This document shows, in pieces, positions 16,850-27,214 of a DNA stretch of 64,000 nt; the first letter of the stretch is position 1; each line of letters opens with the position of its first letter. Source of the stretch: a virus; the IMG/VR virus record IMGVR_UViG_3300009103_001698, positions 17,937 to 81,936 of that record; one strand, 5' to 3'. Both the position numbers and the translations under genes were made by a program. The notes beneath the pieces were generated by a model. That model ran no database searches and was not told where the DNA came from. It saw only the letters and a program-made list of their open reading frames with translations.

Positions 16850-17611
16850 ATGGCAAATGGCCACATTAGTTATTCAGAATTCAAGATTTGGAGTGAGTGT
16901 CCCTGGCGACATAAGCTCAGTTATTTAGATAAATTATCAACATTTAACGGAAATGAGTTTACAGCGTTTGGAACAGCTGTCCATGAAGTTTGTGAAAGAA
17001 CTGTCAAGGACGAAGAAGATCAAACTCCTGAAGCATTCCAAGCAGCATTTTCAAAAGAATTAAAAAAATTAACTGTCGATCTAAATAAAAAGTTAGTCGT
17101 TGAAATGAATGTACAGGGCAAAGCAATGCTTCCTGAGATCTTTCCAGCACTTAAAGAATATTTTGGAGAATACGAAATTGTTGAAGCAGAAGAGAGACTC
17201 TATGAACCAATAGAAGATAGCGAGCTACTTTTCAAAGGTTTCATAGATCTAGTGTTAAAAACAAAAGACGGTAAGTATCACATTATCGATTGGAAAACTT
17301 GTAGCTGGGGTTGGGATGCTAGAAAAAAATCAGATAAATTGATCACTTATCAGCTAACTCTTTATAAAAACTACTATGTACAGAAGCACAATTTAGATCC
17401 AAAAAACGTAGAAACACACTTCGCTCTCTTAAAAAGAACGGCGAAAAAAGATAGAGTGGAAATCTTCCGTGTAACCAGCGGAGAAAGAAAAACAAAAAAT
17501 GCACTTAAAGCTTTGAACTATTCCCTCTATAATATAAAAAAATCACGCTTTATTAAGAACCGTCTTTCTTGTAAATACTGTGAATTTTATCAAACAAAGC
17601 ATTGTCCATAA
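16850..17611 (+). CDS. PD-(D/E)XK (RecB/Cas4-like) nuclease
   Basis: SYS...CPW, FGTAVH, GFIDL, IIDWKT, QLTLY, terminal CKYC...C cluster. Confidence 0.85.
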   Translation: MANGHISYSEFKIWSECPWRHKLSYLDKLSTFNGNEFTAFGTAVHEVCERTVKDEEDQTPEAFQAAFSKELKKLTVDLNKKLVVEMNVQGKAMLPEIFPALKEYFGEYEIVEAEERLYEPIEDSELLFKGFIDLVLKTKDGKYHIIDWKTCSWGWDARKKSDKLITYQLTLYKNYYVQKHNLDPKNVETHFALLKRTAKKDRVEIFRVTSGERKTKNALKALNYSLYNIKKSRFIKNRLSCKYCEFYQTKHCP

Positions 17612-17732
17612 GAAAAAAAGAACTAAAAAATTGATGGATGCCGGTTATAATGTTATTATCATTTGGGAAAATGATTATTTAGAAAATAAACAAGTTGTAA
17701 TAGAACAACTTTTGGAGAGGTTAAATGAATAA
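17610..17732 (+). pseudogene. C-terminal remnant of a Vsr/DUF559-like (EDxHD-type homing) endonuclease
   Basis: Frame reads KKKRTKKLMDAGYNVIIIWENDYLENKQVVIEQLLERLNE-stop; GYxVxxIWExD is the typical C-terminal strand of this family; catalytic N-terminal part absent. Confidence 0.55.
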
Positions 17733-19270
17733 GGAAAAAATGAACGAAGAAAAGATCAAAATCTTTACGATTTCAGATATGCCGTTAGTGACTTAGCGGC
17801 AGTAAAATTGGGTGAATTGCTGGAAACCCCTCAGAGTCAAATAAACCACAACATAATTGGAAACGATAAGTGTGAAGGTTAGAAAATTATTTGAATTGGA
17901 CAATCAGCAGCCAAGCTCCTGTTTAGAAATAATGGAGAAGGTTCAGAGACTACGGTAAGCCTAAGTTGTTAATATGGTGATAATCCGACAGCGCCCAACA
18001 CTCATGAGAGTGATGATATAGTCCGACTGTTTATGAAAGTAAATAGGTTTTTGTAAGTCCATCTGGAGTAGGCACCCAGACTCGATACGTTATTGAAGGT
18101 TTGTTGAAGACCGGTAAATACAAATTTGTTTCTCTAGGAGGGGCAATCAAACACCAACAATACCAACCAGTCAAAACAGAAGAGTGGGGAGATGATTGGG
18201 TTATTTATCCAGTTGATGGGTTTGGAAACCCAGATGTTATTAGATCTATTATCAGAAATGAAAAACCAGCACTTCTTTGGTTTATGACAGATCCTCGCTT
18301 TTATGAATGGCTCTGGGCGATAGAAGATGAGATTCGACCATTGATGCCAATGGTTTATTATCACGTTTGGGACAACTATCCTTATCCAGTTTTCAATCGT
18401 AAGTTTTATCTTTCCAATGATTTCATAGCCACTATTTCAAAGGTTACAGACGACTTTGTAAAAACAGTAGCACCAGAGGTTGAACGAGAATATGTTCCAC
18501 ACGCTGTCGACTCAGAAGTTTTTAAACGCCTAACAGACGAAGAAATGTTACATTATAAAGGTAAACACTTTGGAGCCGGCGATAAAAAAGTTACTTTCTT
18601 CTGGAATAATAGAAACGCTCGTAGGAAACAAAGTGGATCATTAGTTTGGTGGTTCAAAGAATTTCTTGATCAAGTCGGACACGACAAAGCAAGACTGATT
18701 ATGCATACTGATCCAAAGGATCCTAATGGACCAGATTTGGAAGCGTATGTACATGAACTTGGGCTTACCAATGGTGAGATTATGTTTTCAAAAGCAAAAG
18801 TTCAACCACAAGATCTGGCTGTGATGTATAACATCGCTGACTGCGTTATTAACATTTCAGACGCAGAAGGCTTTGGACTTGCTACTTTGGAAGCATTGTC
18901 TTGTGAGACACCTATTATTGTTAGTATGACCGGCGGACTTCAAGAGCAGGTTACTGATGGCAAAGATTGGTTTGGTGTTGGTCTTGAACCAGCTAGTAAA
19001 GCTGTAATCGGTTCACAACAAGTTCCCTTCATTTATGAGGACAGGGTTGCCAAAGAGGATTTCCTTGCTGCGATGCATAAAATCTACAAGATGACCGACA
19101 AACAACGTCATAAACTTGGAAAGAAGGGTCGTAAGCATGTAGAAAAGAATTACAACTTTGAGAACTTTCACAAGTCTTGGAATCGTATTATTGCTAAAAC
19201 ACTAGAAAAGCACGGCTCTTGGAGCACTCGTAAGGAACACAAGGCATGGACGCTTAAGGAGGCAGCATGA
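17725..19270 (+). CDS. GT4-like glycosyltransferase, spliced: exon 1 17725-17785, exon 2 18054-19270 (425 aa)
   Basis: Splicing joins ...IKIFTISDMP-L-SPSGVGTQTRYVIEGLLKTG in frame with ORF 18101; EGFGLATLEA motif; alternative ATG at 17740. Confidence 0.85.
17786..18053 (+). mobile_element. group I self-splicing intron, 268 nt, no ORF
   Basis: P GAATTGCTGGAAA, Q AATCAGCAG, R GTTCAGAGACTA, S GATATAGTCC; P1 GCCGT/TA:TAGCGGC with U-G at the 5' site; P10 GACTTA:TAAGTC; terminal G 18053; P3, P7, P8 and P9 pairings present. Confidence 0.93.
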
Positions 19271-20526
19271 AAAAGAAAGTATTGATTCAGGGACCAATTC
19301 TAACACAATCTGGTTACGGCGAACACGCTCGTTTAGTTTATAGAGCACTTAAATCCAAAGAAGATCTATTTGAGGTTTATGTAAACCCTATTAACTGGGG
19401 TAAAACATCTTGGCTTTGGGAAGACACACAAGAACGAAGAGACATCGACGCCTGTATTGCTAAAACACAGATTTATGGACAACAGAGGGGTCAATTTGAT
19501 ATTGCTATGCTTGTAACTATTCCAACTGAATGGGAGCAATACAGAGCAGCCCCAATCAATATTGGCGTTACGGCAGGAATTGAGTCAAATAAGGTTGCTC
19601 CGAAATGGCTGGAAGCAGCTAATCGTTTTGTTGATAAAATTATTGTACCATCAGAATTTGCGAAGAAAACATACGGTGACACAACTTATCAAGGTAAGGA
19701 TCAAAATGGTAATGATGCTATTTTGAAGCTGGAAAAGACAATCGATGTTGTAAACTACCCAATCAAAAAACTCGAAGAAGTAGATCTAGGAATCAAACTA
19801 GACTATGATTTTAACTTTCTAACAGTCGCTCAATGGGGACCAAGAAAGAATGTTGAGAACACTATTCGCTGGTTTGTGGAAGAATTTATTGATCAAGAAA
19901 TTGGTTTGGTTCTCAAAATCAACAGAGCAAATAACTCCATTATTGATAAAGAAGCAGTTGAAAACGGTGTCAATGCTCTTCTCAAAGAATACCCAAATCG
20001 AAAATGTAAGGTCTATGTTCTTCACGGCTACATGACTGAATCTGAATTACATTCACTTTATAAACATCAACAAGTCAAATGTCTATTATCGTTAACACAC
20101 GGAGAAGGCTTTGGCTTACCTTTGTTCGAAGCAGCTTACAGCGGGCTTCCTATCATTACTCACGACTGGGGCGGACAAACTGATTTCTTGTTACACGAGG
20201 TCAAAAACAAAAAGAAGACAAGAACAAGAATGCTCTGTGGCAAAGTTGACTACGATCTTAATCCAATCCAGAAAGAAGCTGTCTGGGACGGAGTACTTCA
20301 AGCAGACAGTCTTTGGGCTTTTCCTAAACAGGGTAGCTGCAAAATGAAGATGCGAGAGATGGTTAAGGACTATGGTCGCTACTGGGCTCAAGCGAAGAAG
20401 CTAAAGAATATGCTGGAAGAGGATTTCTCAGAAGAAAAGATTTATGAGAAGATGGCTGAAACTCTTAGTCCATATGTTCAAGTCGATGAAGAAATAGAGA
20501 AGTTGTTTAATGAAATTACCTTATGA
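19267..20526 (+). CDS. GT4-like glycosyltransferase
   Basis: SGYGEHAR N-terminus; PRKN; HGEGFGLPLFEA. Confidence 0.85.
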   Translation: MKKKVLIQGPILTQSGYGEHARLVYRALKSKEDLFEVYVNPINWGKTSWLWEDTQERRDIDACIAKTQIYGQQRGQFDIAMLVTIPTEWEQYRAAPINIGVTAGIESNKVAPKWLEAANRFVDKIIVPSEFAKKTYGDTTYQGKDQNGNDAILKLEKTIDVVNYPIKKLEEVDLGIKLDYDFNFLTVAQWGPRKNVENTIRWFVEEFIDQEIGLVLKINRANNSIIDKEAVENGVNALLKEYPNRKCKVYVLHGYMTESELHSLYKHQQVKCLLSLTHGEGFGLPLFEAAYSGLPIITHDWGGQTDFLLHEVKNKKKTRTRMLCGKVDYDLNPIQKEAVWDGVLQADSLWAFPKQGSCKMKMREMVKDYGRYWAQAKKLKNMLEEDFSEEKIYEKMAETLSPYVQVDEEIEKLFNEITL

Positions 20527-22118
20527 TAGTATTTGTTAGTGATTATTTTTCTAACCAAATAACTGGCGGCGCCGAACTAACCTCTGATGCTTTATTGGAA
20601 GCCAGATTATCACCAGTTATTTGTATTAATTCTCAGAATATTGCTTCACAAACAATAAATCAGTTTAAAGACAGCCGGTGGATACTTGGTAACTTCTCTA
20701 TGATACCTGATAATTTTCTATTAGAGATCATTAAAAATGTTAAAGATTATTCTGTAATAGAATACGACTACAAGTATTGTAAATACCGTTCAACTCACAA
20801 ACACATAGAAGCAGAGGGTATCTGCGAATGTGAAAAATCCAGCCATGGCAAGTTGATTTCTATTTTGATGGCAAAAGCTAGGAATGTATTTTGGATGTCT
20901 GAAAAACAAAAGAATGAGTATATTAAAGTACTTCCTTTTCTTAACAAAGCTAATAATGTAGTGTTGAGTTCTTCTTTCTCAAAAGAAAGCCTATTATACA
21001 TTAAATCTTTAGATGTGTCAAATAAAAATAATAAATTTTTAATTTTAGAGTCTGGTTCGTGGATAAAAGGAACACAAGATTGCGTATCCCACGCACAAGA
21101 ACACAATTTAGAATACGAATTGATTTCTGGCTTATCACATAAAGATTTGTTGAATAAGCTAGCAGAATCGAAGGGTCTTATTTTTCTCCCAAAAGGGTTA
21201 GACACCTGCCCCAGAATTGTAATAGAAGCAAAGATGTTGGGCTGTGAATTGATTTTAAATGATAATGTACAACACAAAGATGAAAAATGGTTTCATGAAA
21301 ACATACCTGAGTTTGTGGAGAAACAAAAGAAATTGTTTTTTGATAAATGCCTCGATCTAAAATATATTGATAAAAAGAAAGATGAAGAAACTAAATTTCA
21401 TTTTATTGTCCCGGCTTATAATGCTGAACAGTTTATCAATACAACCTTAAGAAGCATTAAATGGCAAGATTATGAAAATTTTAAAGTAACAGTTGTAGAT
21501 GATCTGTCCTCTGACAGAACCTATGATGTAGTAAAAACGGAAACAGATCCTAGATTTAGTGTAATAAAACCTAAAGAAAAGAATTATGCCCTCAAAAACA
21601 TTTGTTTAGCAATTGACAAAATCCAACCAGATGATGAAGATGTAATGTTGGTTGTGGATGGAGATGACTGGTTAGCATCAACGGATGTGTTGAATTATCT
21701 AAATAAAATCTATTCTGAAGAGGACGTCCTTTTGACGTATGGCAGCTATGAAGAAAATACAACTGGAAGAAGAGGGGTAGAACCATCAGAATATCCGCAA
21801 GAGGTTATTCGAACAAACACGTTTCGCAAAGATAGGTGGAGGGCATCTCACTTGAGAACCTTTAAATACAAACTTTGGAAAGAGATCAACCAAGAAGATT
21901 TTTTAGATGAAGATGATAACTTTTATACATCAGCATACGATCAGGCGATAATGTTACCTATGCTTGAAATGGCAGGATCTAAAACTAAGTTCATTCCTGA
22001 AATTCTTCATGTCTACAACAAGGGAAACCCACTCCATCACAGCGGAGAGAAAGAAAAACGTCAATACGAAACAATGTTGAGAATAAGAAAGAAATCCCCC
22101 TATGAACGGAAATTTTAA
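20523..22118 (+). CDS. bifunctional glycosyltransferase (GT-B/GT4-like plus GT2)
   Basis: GGAE and DTCPRIVIEA in the N-half; IVPAYN, VDDLSSD, VDGDD in the C-half. Confidence 0.8.
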   Translation: MIVFVSDYFSNQITGGAELTSDALLEARLSPVICINSQNIASQTINQFKDSRWILGNFSMIPDNFLLEIIKNVKDYSVIEYDYKYCKYRSTHKHIEAEGICECEKSSHGKLISILMAKARNVFWMSEKQKNEYIKVLPFLNKANNVVLSSSFSKESLLYIKSLDVSNKNNKFLILESGSWIKGTQDCVSHAQEHNLEYELISGLSHKDLLNKLAESKGLIFLPKGLDTCPRIVIEAKMLGCELILNDNVQHKDEKWFHENIPEFVEKQKKLFFDKCLDLKYIDKKKDEETKFHFIVPAYNAEQFINTTLRSIKWQDYENFKVTVVDDLSSDRTYDVVKTETDPRFSVIKPKEKNYALKNICLAIDKIQPDDEDVMLVVDGDDWLASTDVLNYLNKIYSEEDVLLTYGSYEENTTGRRGVEPSEYPQEVIRTNTFRKDRWRASHLRTFKYKLWKEINQEDFLDEDDNFYTSAYDQAIMLPMLEMAGSKTKFIPEILHVYNKGNPLHHSGEKEKRQYETMLRIRKKSPYERKF

Positions 22119-22999
22119 TGAAAATAAGATTAGAAAATGTTAATTTGAACAGCAGTTCTGGTCCAAACTCTTTCGCGCAAAAGCTGGTCAAATACCTTCA
22201 AAAGAATGAGCACAGCTTGGTTCAAGAGAGTTATGATGCTGTGCTGTGTTTTATCGAAGCACATAATAATTTGGACAACAGTAAATTATTTCAGAGATTG
22301 GATGGCATTTATTTTAATACTGATTTCGATTATAAAGCACAGAACAGCAACATTCTTAACACTTATAAACGAGCAAAAGGTGTAATTTTCCAATCAGAGT
22401 TCAACAAAGAACTGACGTTTCGTTATTTTGGGGAGCATAAAAATTATGCCATTATTCATAATGGTTCTGATCTGGAGCTAATAGGGGACATTAAACCTAC
22501 ATCAAACGAGCTTCTAAATAAATACGAAAACGTTTGGAGTTGTGCTTCGTCTTGGAGATCACATAAAAGATTAAAAGATAATGTAAGGTACTTTTTAGAA
22601 CACCAAGGCCCAAACGATTGTTTTGTTATAGCAGGAAATCCAGATTATCACGTTAAAGAACCAAACATATTTTATGTTGGAGAATTGGATTATAACAAGC
22701 TTATTTCGCTCTACAAACGAAGTAAATTTTTTATTCATCTATCTTGGTTGGATCACTGTCCTAACGTTGTAGTCGACGCTAGAGCCTCTGGCTGTCAAAT
22801 TATTTGTAGTAGCGCCGGCGGTACCAAAGAAATCGCTGGATTAGACGCTGTAGTAATTCAAGAACCAGAATGGAACTTTGAACCTACTAGATTATACGAT
22901 CCACCTCCAATGGATTTTTCCAATAAGGTTAAAAATAACCATGACTCATGTTATGATATGGTGGCAGTATCAAAAAAATACATTGAGTTTATGAGATGA
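22118..22999 (+). CDS. GT4-like glycosyltransferase
   Basis: SGPNSF, RLDG, IFQSEF, DHCPNVVVDA. Confidence 0.8.
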   Translation: MKIRLENVNLNSSSGPNSFAQKLVKYLQKNEHSLVQESYDAVLCFIEAHNNLDNSKLFQRLDGIYFNTDFDYKAQNSNILNTYKRAKGVIFQSEFNKELTFRYFGEHKNYAIIHNGSDLELIGDIKPTSNELLNKYENVWSCASSWRSHKRLKDNVRYFLEHQGPNDCFVIAGNPDYHVKEPNIFYVGELDYNKLISLYKRSKFFIHLSWLDHCPNVVVDARASGCQIICSSAGGTKEIAGLDAVVIQEPEWNFEPTRLYDPPPMDFSNKVKNNHDSCYDMVAVSKKYIEFMR

Positions 23000-23913
23000 A
23001 ATTTTATTTATCCGTCGCAAACGAAAATTGGATTTGTGACCGGCTGGCGAGAGAGTGGAGTGAGAATTCTACAACTGTAGGCAGCCCGTCAGATGCAGAT
23101 ATTATTTGGATTTTTAGTCCATATATCTGGAGGAGTATTCCCACTAGCTTATTAGATAGTAAAGTGGTTTGTCTGACGATACATCACATCACGCCGTGGA
23201 AATTTACAAGAGATTCTATAAGAGAGTTTTTAGAGAGAGATAAGTATGTTAATTTTTATCATGTTCCCTGTGAAAAAACCAAAACAATTGTTAATAAAAT
23301 GACAAAGAAACCAATTTTTGTTCAACCTTTTTGGGTAAATCAAAACCTTTGGCAAGATCTTGACAAAGATGAAACCAGAGAACAACTCAACATACCAAAG
23401 GAATTATTTTTGGTCGGTTCATTTCAGCGAGACACAGAGGGTCACGATCTAAAATCACCAAAATTAGAAAAAGGCCCGGACATTTTTTGTGATATAGTGG
23501 AAAAACTTTATGAAACAAACAAGAACTTGAAAGTAGTTTTATCGGGACTAAGAAGACAATACGTAAAACAAAGACTTGAAAACGCTGGAATAGAATACAT
23601 TTATTATGAATTAACAGATTTTGAAACATTGAATAAGTTGTATAACGTGTTGGATCTTTATATTGTTTCTTCTAGATGTGAGGGTGGACCTCAAGCAATT
23701 GTCGAAGCTGCAATTACAAAAACCCCCATTGTGTCGACCGACGTTGGGATAGCATCACAGATTTTGTCCAGTGACAGCATCTATCAAGACCTTGATGATT
23801 TCTTTGATAGTAAAGCAGACGTAGATTATGCCTTCGAGGAGATTCAGAAATACTTAATTCCTCAAGGATTAGAGAGTTTCAGAAAGGAGTTTACAGGTGT
23901 TAACAAAGTCTGA
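22996..23913 (+). CDS. GT4-like glycosyltransferase
   Basis: EKGPD, SRCEGGPQAIVEA, STDVG. Confidence 0.85.
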   Translation: MKFYLSVANENWICDRLAREWSENSTTVGSPSDADIIWIFSPYIWRSIPTSLLDSKVVCLTIHHITPWKFTRDSIREFLERDKYVNFYHVPCEKTKTIVNKMTKKPIFVQPFWVNQNLWQDLDKDETREQLNIPKELFLVGSFQRDTEGHDLKSPKLEKGPDIFCDIVEKLYETNKNLKVVLSGLRRQYVKQRLENAGIEYIYYELTDFETLNKLYNVLDLYIVSSRCEGGPQAIVEAAITKTPIVSTDVGIASQILSSDSIYQDLDDFFDSKADVDYAFEEIQKYLIPQGLESFRKEFTGVNKV

Positions 23914-24610
23914 AAAATTTTATTTTGATGGTTATGGTATAGGATCTTTTAACAAAGGGAAGAGCTTAGAACAATTGGTTAAAGTTACTAATGAAATCTA
24001 TAGAGAGGATACTAAAGTTAATTTTTCTTTAAAGGAGAAATACCCATTCAGCAAAGACTTACGACCAAACGTATATGAATACGATGATTCATTCATTGAC
24101 ATACTTTTTGACAATGAACTACCAAAAAAGTTTAAAGAAACGTTAGGATACGATTTATACCTAGCCCACATTCAGTGTAGAATAGTTTCTCCCAGTACAA
24201 GCAATAGCTATATGCAGTGGCACAGAGACACACACTACTATAATAAAAAGCTGGGTGGAAATGCCCCACCAGTTTATAAAATTATTTATTACCCGTCAGT
24301 TAATAATATACCAGAACCTTGCTTACAAGTAGCTAAAGGTACTCATCTAAGAATGTACACAAATCAAGAACAAGATTTTTCTCAACTTTATAGTAGTGAA
24401 ATAGATACAGTGGCTTCGTCAGATGAAAGATATGTTTTTTTTAATACATCTATTATGCATTTTCCTGTTATTCCCACAGTGGCTCAAGGAAATTTAAGAG
24501 TGGTGTATAGTTTTTGCCACGAATTTCAACTTGAAAAATACCCAGATCAAAAAGAACTACACGAGATTTATAAGCAAAAATTAGAAAAATATAAACGAGG
24601 TGAAAAATGA
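23897..24610 (+). CDS. 2OG-Fe(II)/PhyH-like dioxygenase
   Basis: WHRD (HxD), GTH, distal MH, and R in the final strand. Confidence 0.6.
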   Translation: MLTKSEKFYFDGYGIGSFNKGKSLEQLVKVTNEIYREDTKVNFSLKEKYPFSKDLRPNVYEYDDSFIDILFDNELPKKFKETLGYDLYLAHIQCRIVSPSTSNSYMQWHRDTHYYNKKLGGNAPPVYKIIYYPSVNNIPEPCLQVAKGTHLRMYTNQEQDFSQLYSSEIDTVASSDERYVFFNTSIMHFPVIPTVAQGNLRVVYSFCHEFQLEKYPDQKELHEIYKQKLEKYKRGEK

Positions 24611-25617
24611 TTAGATTATGTTTAGTGGGCGCTGGAAAGCGAATGCAGCAAATGAACTTACCTATTTTAAAACAACTCAATTCCCGAGTTGAAATAGTGG
24701 GAGTTACTACGAGGAGAGGAGAAGTCGACACCGAATCTATAGGTCTGGGTAAAATTCCAGTATTTAATTCACTTGACAAAATGTATGAAGAAGTTAAACC
24801 TGATTTAGTTTTGATTTCTATACCGTATGCTCAAGTGTTTGATGTTTTAAAAAATGTAATTCCAAAGAAGGTACCAATATTGGTTGAAACTCCCATTAGT
24901 TTTGATTTAACACAGACTAACTTGATAAGACAAATGTCTATAGAATATAATTGTTTGTTGGGGGTTATTGAAGACTGGCCATTCTTACCAATGGAGTGCT
25001 TTAAAAAGGTACTTATTAAAAGTGGAGCGCTTGGTGGTGTGATGACCGTTGAAAATGATTATAGAACTTATGATTACCATGGAATAGCTCAATTAAGAAG
25101 TTATTTACCAAAAAATGTCTTTGCCACTAGTATTAAACAAGAACAATCAGCGTACAACGTCAACGAGAAATCAGATCATTGGAAAATAACCACAGCAAGA
25201 TTCAATAATGGTTCTCTATTCGTAAACAAATACTCTAGTCTTTATAAGAAAGTTGATTTTAGGATTAGAAAAGAACTACGAGTCTACGGGACAAAAGGAA
25301 CAATTATGTCTGGTTGTCTATTAGATTCTCATTGTTTAATAAGTGTTCTGGACGACAAAGGATGTTCTCATGACTTAAAAGTAAAAAGGGATTATAACGA
25401 AAATAACATTAAAAGCATCAGTACAGTTTTAAATACAGGGGAGAAAGTTGAGTGGAAAAATCCTTTTTCATCGATGGATTTGACAGAAGCCCAGAATGGA
25501 ATTATGTATAATTTGGAAAAAATGCTTCAAAATGTAGAAAAAAATCAAAAAACTGTATTGTATGGTGCTGATAATTTTTATAACGATCTAAAGATGTTTT
25601 ATGGTGTGACTCAATGA
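24607..25617 (+). CDS. Gfo/Idh/MocA family oxidoreductase
   Basis: LVGAG Rossmann start, VETP (EKP-like), YHG. Confidence 0.75.
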   Translation: MIRLCLVGAGKRMQQMNLPILKQLNSRVEIVGVTTRRGEVDTESIGLGKIPVFNSLDKMYEEVKPDLVLISIPYAQVFDVLKNVIPKKVPILVETPISFDLTQTNLIRQMSIEYNCLLGVIEDWPFLPMECFKKVLIKSGALGGVMTVENDYRTYDYHGIAQLRSYLPKNVFATSIKQEQSAYNVNEKSDHWKITTARFNNGSLFVNKYSSLYKKVDFRIRKELRVYGTKGTIMSGCLLDSHCLISVLDDKGCSHDLKVKRDYNENNIKSISTVLNTGEKVEWKNPFSSMDLTEAQNGIMYNLEKMLQNVEKNQKTVLYGADNFYNDLKMFYGVTQ

Positions 25618-26525
25618 AAATAAACATTGTATATGACATTGTTGAACATCCATATGGCGGCGCAAATCAATTTTTGCGAAACATAAAAAATAAATTTGTT
25701 GATTGGGGCACATACACAGATAATATAGGCGATGCGGAAATAGTTTTGTTTAATGCGCACCATAAAATCGAAGATGTTTATAAACATAAAGCAGCCTATC
25801 CAGATAAACATTTTGTACATAGATTGGATGGTCTCTATAAATTATACAATGATCTGTCAGACAGAAGACAAGACTTGGCATTTTTGGTAAGTAATCGATG
25901 CGCCAATGCTGTAATTTTTCAATCTAATTGGGCAAGAGACAAGCATGGCGAGTCGGGATTTAGATTTAATAAACCATTTGGAGTAATACAAAATTGTGCT
26001 AATGAGAAGTATTTCAATTCAGATTATGTTAAACAAAAGGCAGATAAAATACGATTAATCTGCACCAGCTGGTCGACTAATAAAAACAAGGGATTTGAAT
26101 TGTATAATTTTTTAGATGACAATTTAGATTTTTCTAAATATTCCTTCTCGTATGTAGGAAAAGATCCCGGAATAACATTCAAAAACATTATTAAACATGG
26201 CCCGGTTACAACAGAGTTGTTATCTAATTTTATTAAAGAAAACGATATATTTATAACTGCCTCTAAAAATGATTGTTGTTCAAATTCCCTTCTTGAAGCT
26301 ATGTCCTGTAATTTACCTGCAATTGCATTAAACAGTGGCGGTAACCCGGAAATTGTTAAACAGGGTGGCTTATTATTTGAAGGTAAAGAAGACGTCATAG
26401 AGAAGATAGAGGAAGTCGCCAATAATTTGAATAAATTTCAAGATAAAATAGATGTTATGACCACCGACGAAGTTGCAAAGAAATACATGACCTTCTTTGA
26501 AAAGAGTAAAAATGCACAAAGTTAA
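25614..26525 (+). CDS. GT4-like glycosyltransferase
   Basis: GGANQF, HRLDG, IFQS, DCCSNSLLEA; paralogous to 22118. Confidence 0.85.
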   Translation: MKINIVYDIVEHPYGGANQFLRNIKNKFVDWGTYTDNIGDAEIVLFNAHHKIEDVYKHKAAYPDKHFVHRLDGLYKLYNDLSDRRQDLAFLVSNRCANAVIFQSNWARDKHGESGFRFNKPFGVIQNCANEKYFNSDYVKQKADKIRLICTSWSTNKNKGFELYNFLDDNLDFSKYSFSYVGKDPGITFKNIIKHGPVTTELLSNFIKENDIFITASKNDCCSNSLLEAMSCNLPAIALNSGGNPEIVKQGGLLFEGKEDVIEKIEEVANNLNKFQDKIDVMTTDEVAKKYMTFFEKSKNAQS

Positions 26526-27213
26526 TATTAGTATAGATGATATAACCCCACATCCCTTGTCATCAACCAAGGTACTTCAAAGATGTGAAGAAATGATCGA
26601 GGAATTCAATGACATAAAATTTACTTTATTTATCCCAGTGGCATATTGGAGAACTCAATCTCATGCTACAGAAAAACCACTTCTTATAAGTAATCACATA
26701 GATTTTTGCAATGAAATTTCTGCACTTCCAAAAGAAAATTATGAAATAGCCTATCATGGATACTATCATGGAATCCCATTCAGGTCTAATAATGATGAAT
26801 TTCAACATCTTGATTATGAAGAGGCTGTTGAAATATTTCTTAAAATGTTTAATGTTGTAAAGAAGTTGGGACTTAGAGAGCGCTTTTCTCCAATTTTCAG
26901 ACCCCCAGCTTGGAGAATGTCGCCTGAAGCGATCAGGGCAGCAAAAGCAACAGGCATAGAAATACTGGCACTATCTCCAAAAGCGTATGCTAAAGAAACT
27001 TATAAAGGTGGCGAAGAGGAATTTGAAAATGTTATTTATTATAATGTTAACCCCCCTTTTGAACCTTTGGAACTTTATGAACAAACAGAGATAGTTTATC
27101 ATGCGTGTGAATGGGATAAAAATTACTTAGATAAAAATAAAACAAAAAATTTAATTAATTTTCTTAAACCAAATAGAGATAAGATTGATTTTTGTTTTAT
27201 GAAAGATTTTTAG
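26512..27213 (+). CDS. polysaccharide deacetylase (CE4/NodB-like)
   Basis: ISIDD, HGYYH, FRPPAW motifs. Confidence 0.75.
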   Translation: MHKVNISIDDITPHPLSSTKVLQRCEEMIEEFNDIKFTLFIPVAYWRTQSHATEKPLLISNHIDFCNEISALPKENYEIAYHGYYHGIPFRSNNDEFQHLDYEEAVEIFLKMFNVVKKLGLRERFSPIFRPPAWRMSPEAIRAAKATGIEILALSPKAYAKETYKGGEEEFENVIYYNVNPPFEPLELYEQTEIVYHACEWDKNYLDKNKTKNLINFLKPNRDKIDFCFMKDF

Positions 27214-27214
27214 T

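Noticed and set aside
16850-17611. Cas4 / CRISPR system
   Set aside because: No repeat-spacer array or other cas genes; this is the common stand-alone phage PD-(D/E)XK nuclease
17611-18100. tRNA, riboswitch or group II intron in the only large non-coding gap
   Set aside because: No cloverleaf or group II boundaries (GUGYG...AY); fully explained by the endonuclease remnant, exon 1 and a group I core
18101-19270. ORF-track TTG start at 18101 as the true gene start
   Set aside because: Lacks the N-terminal strand of the GT-B fold; the frame extends to 18054 and joins exon 1 through the intron
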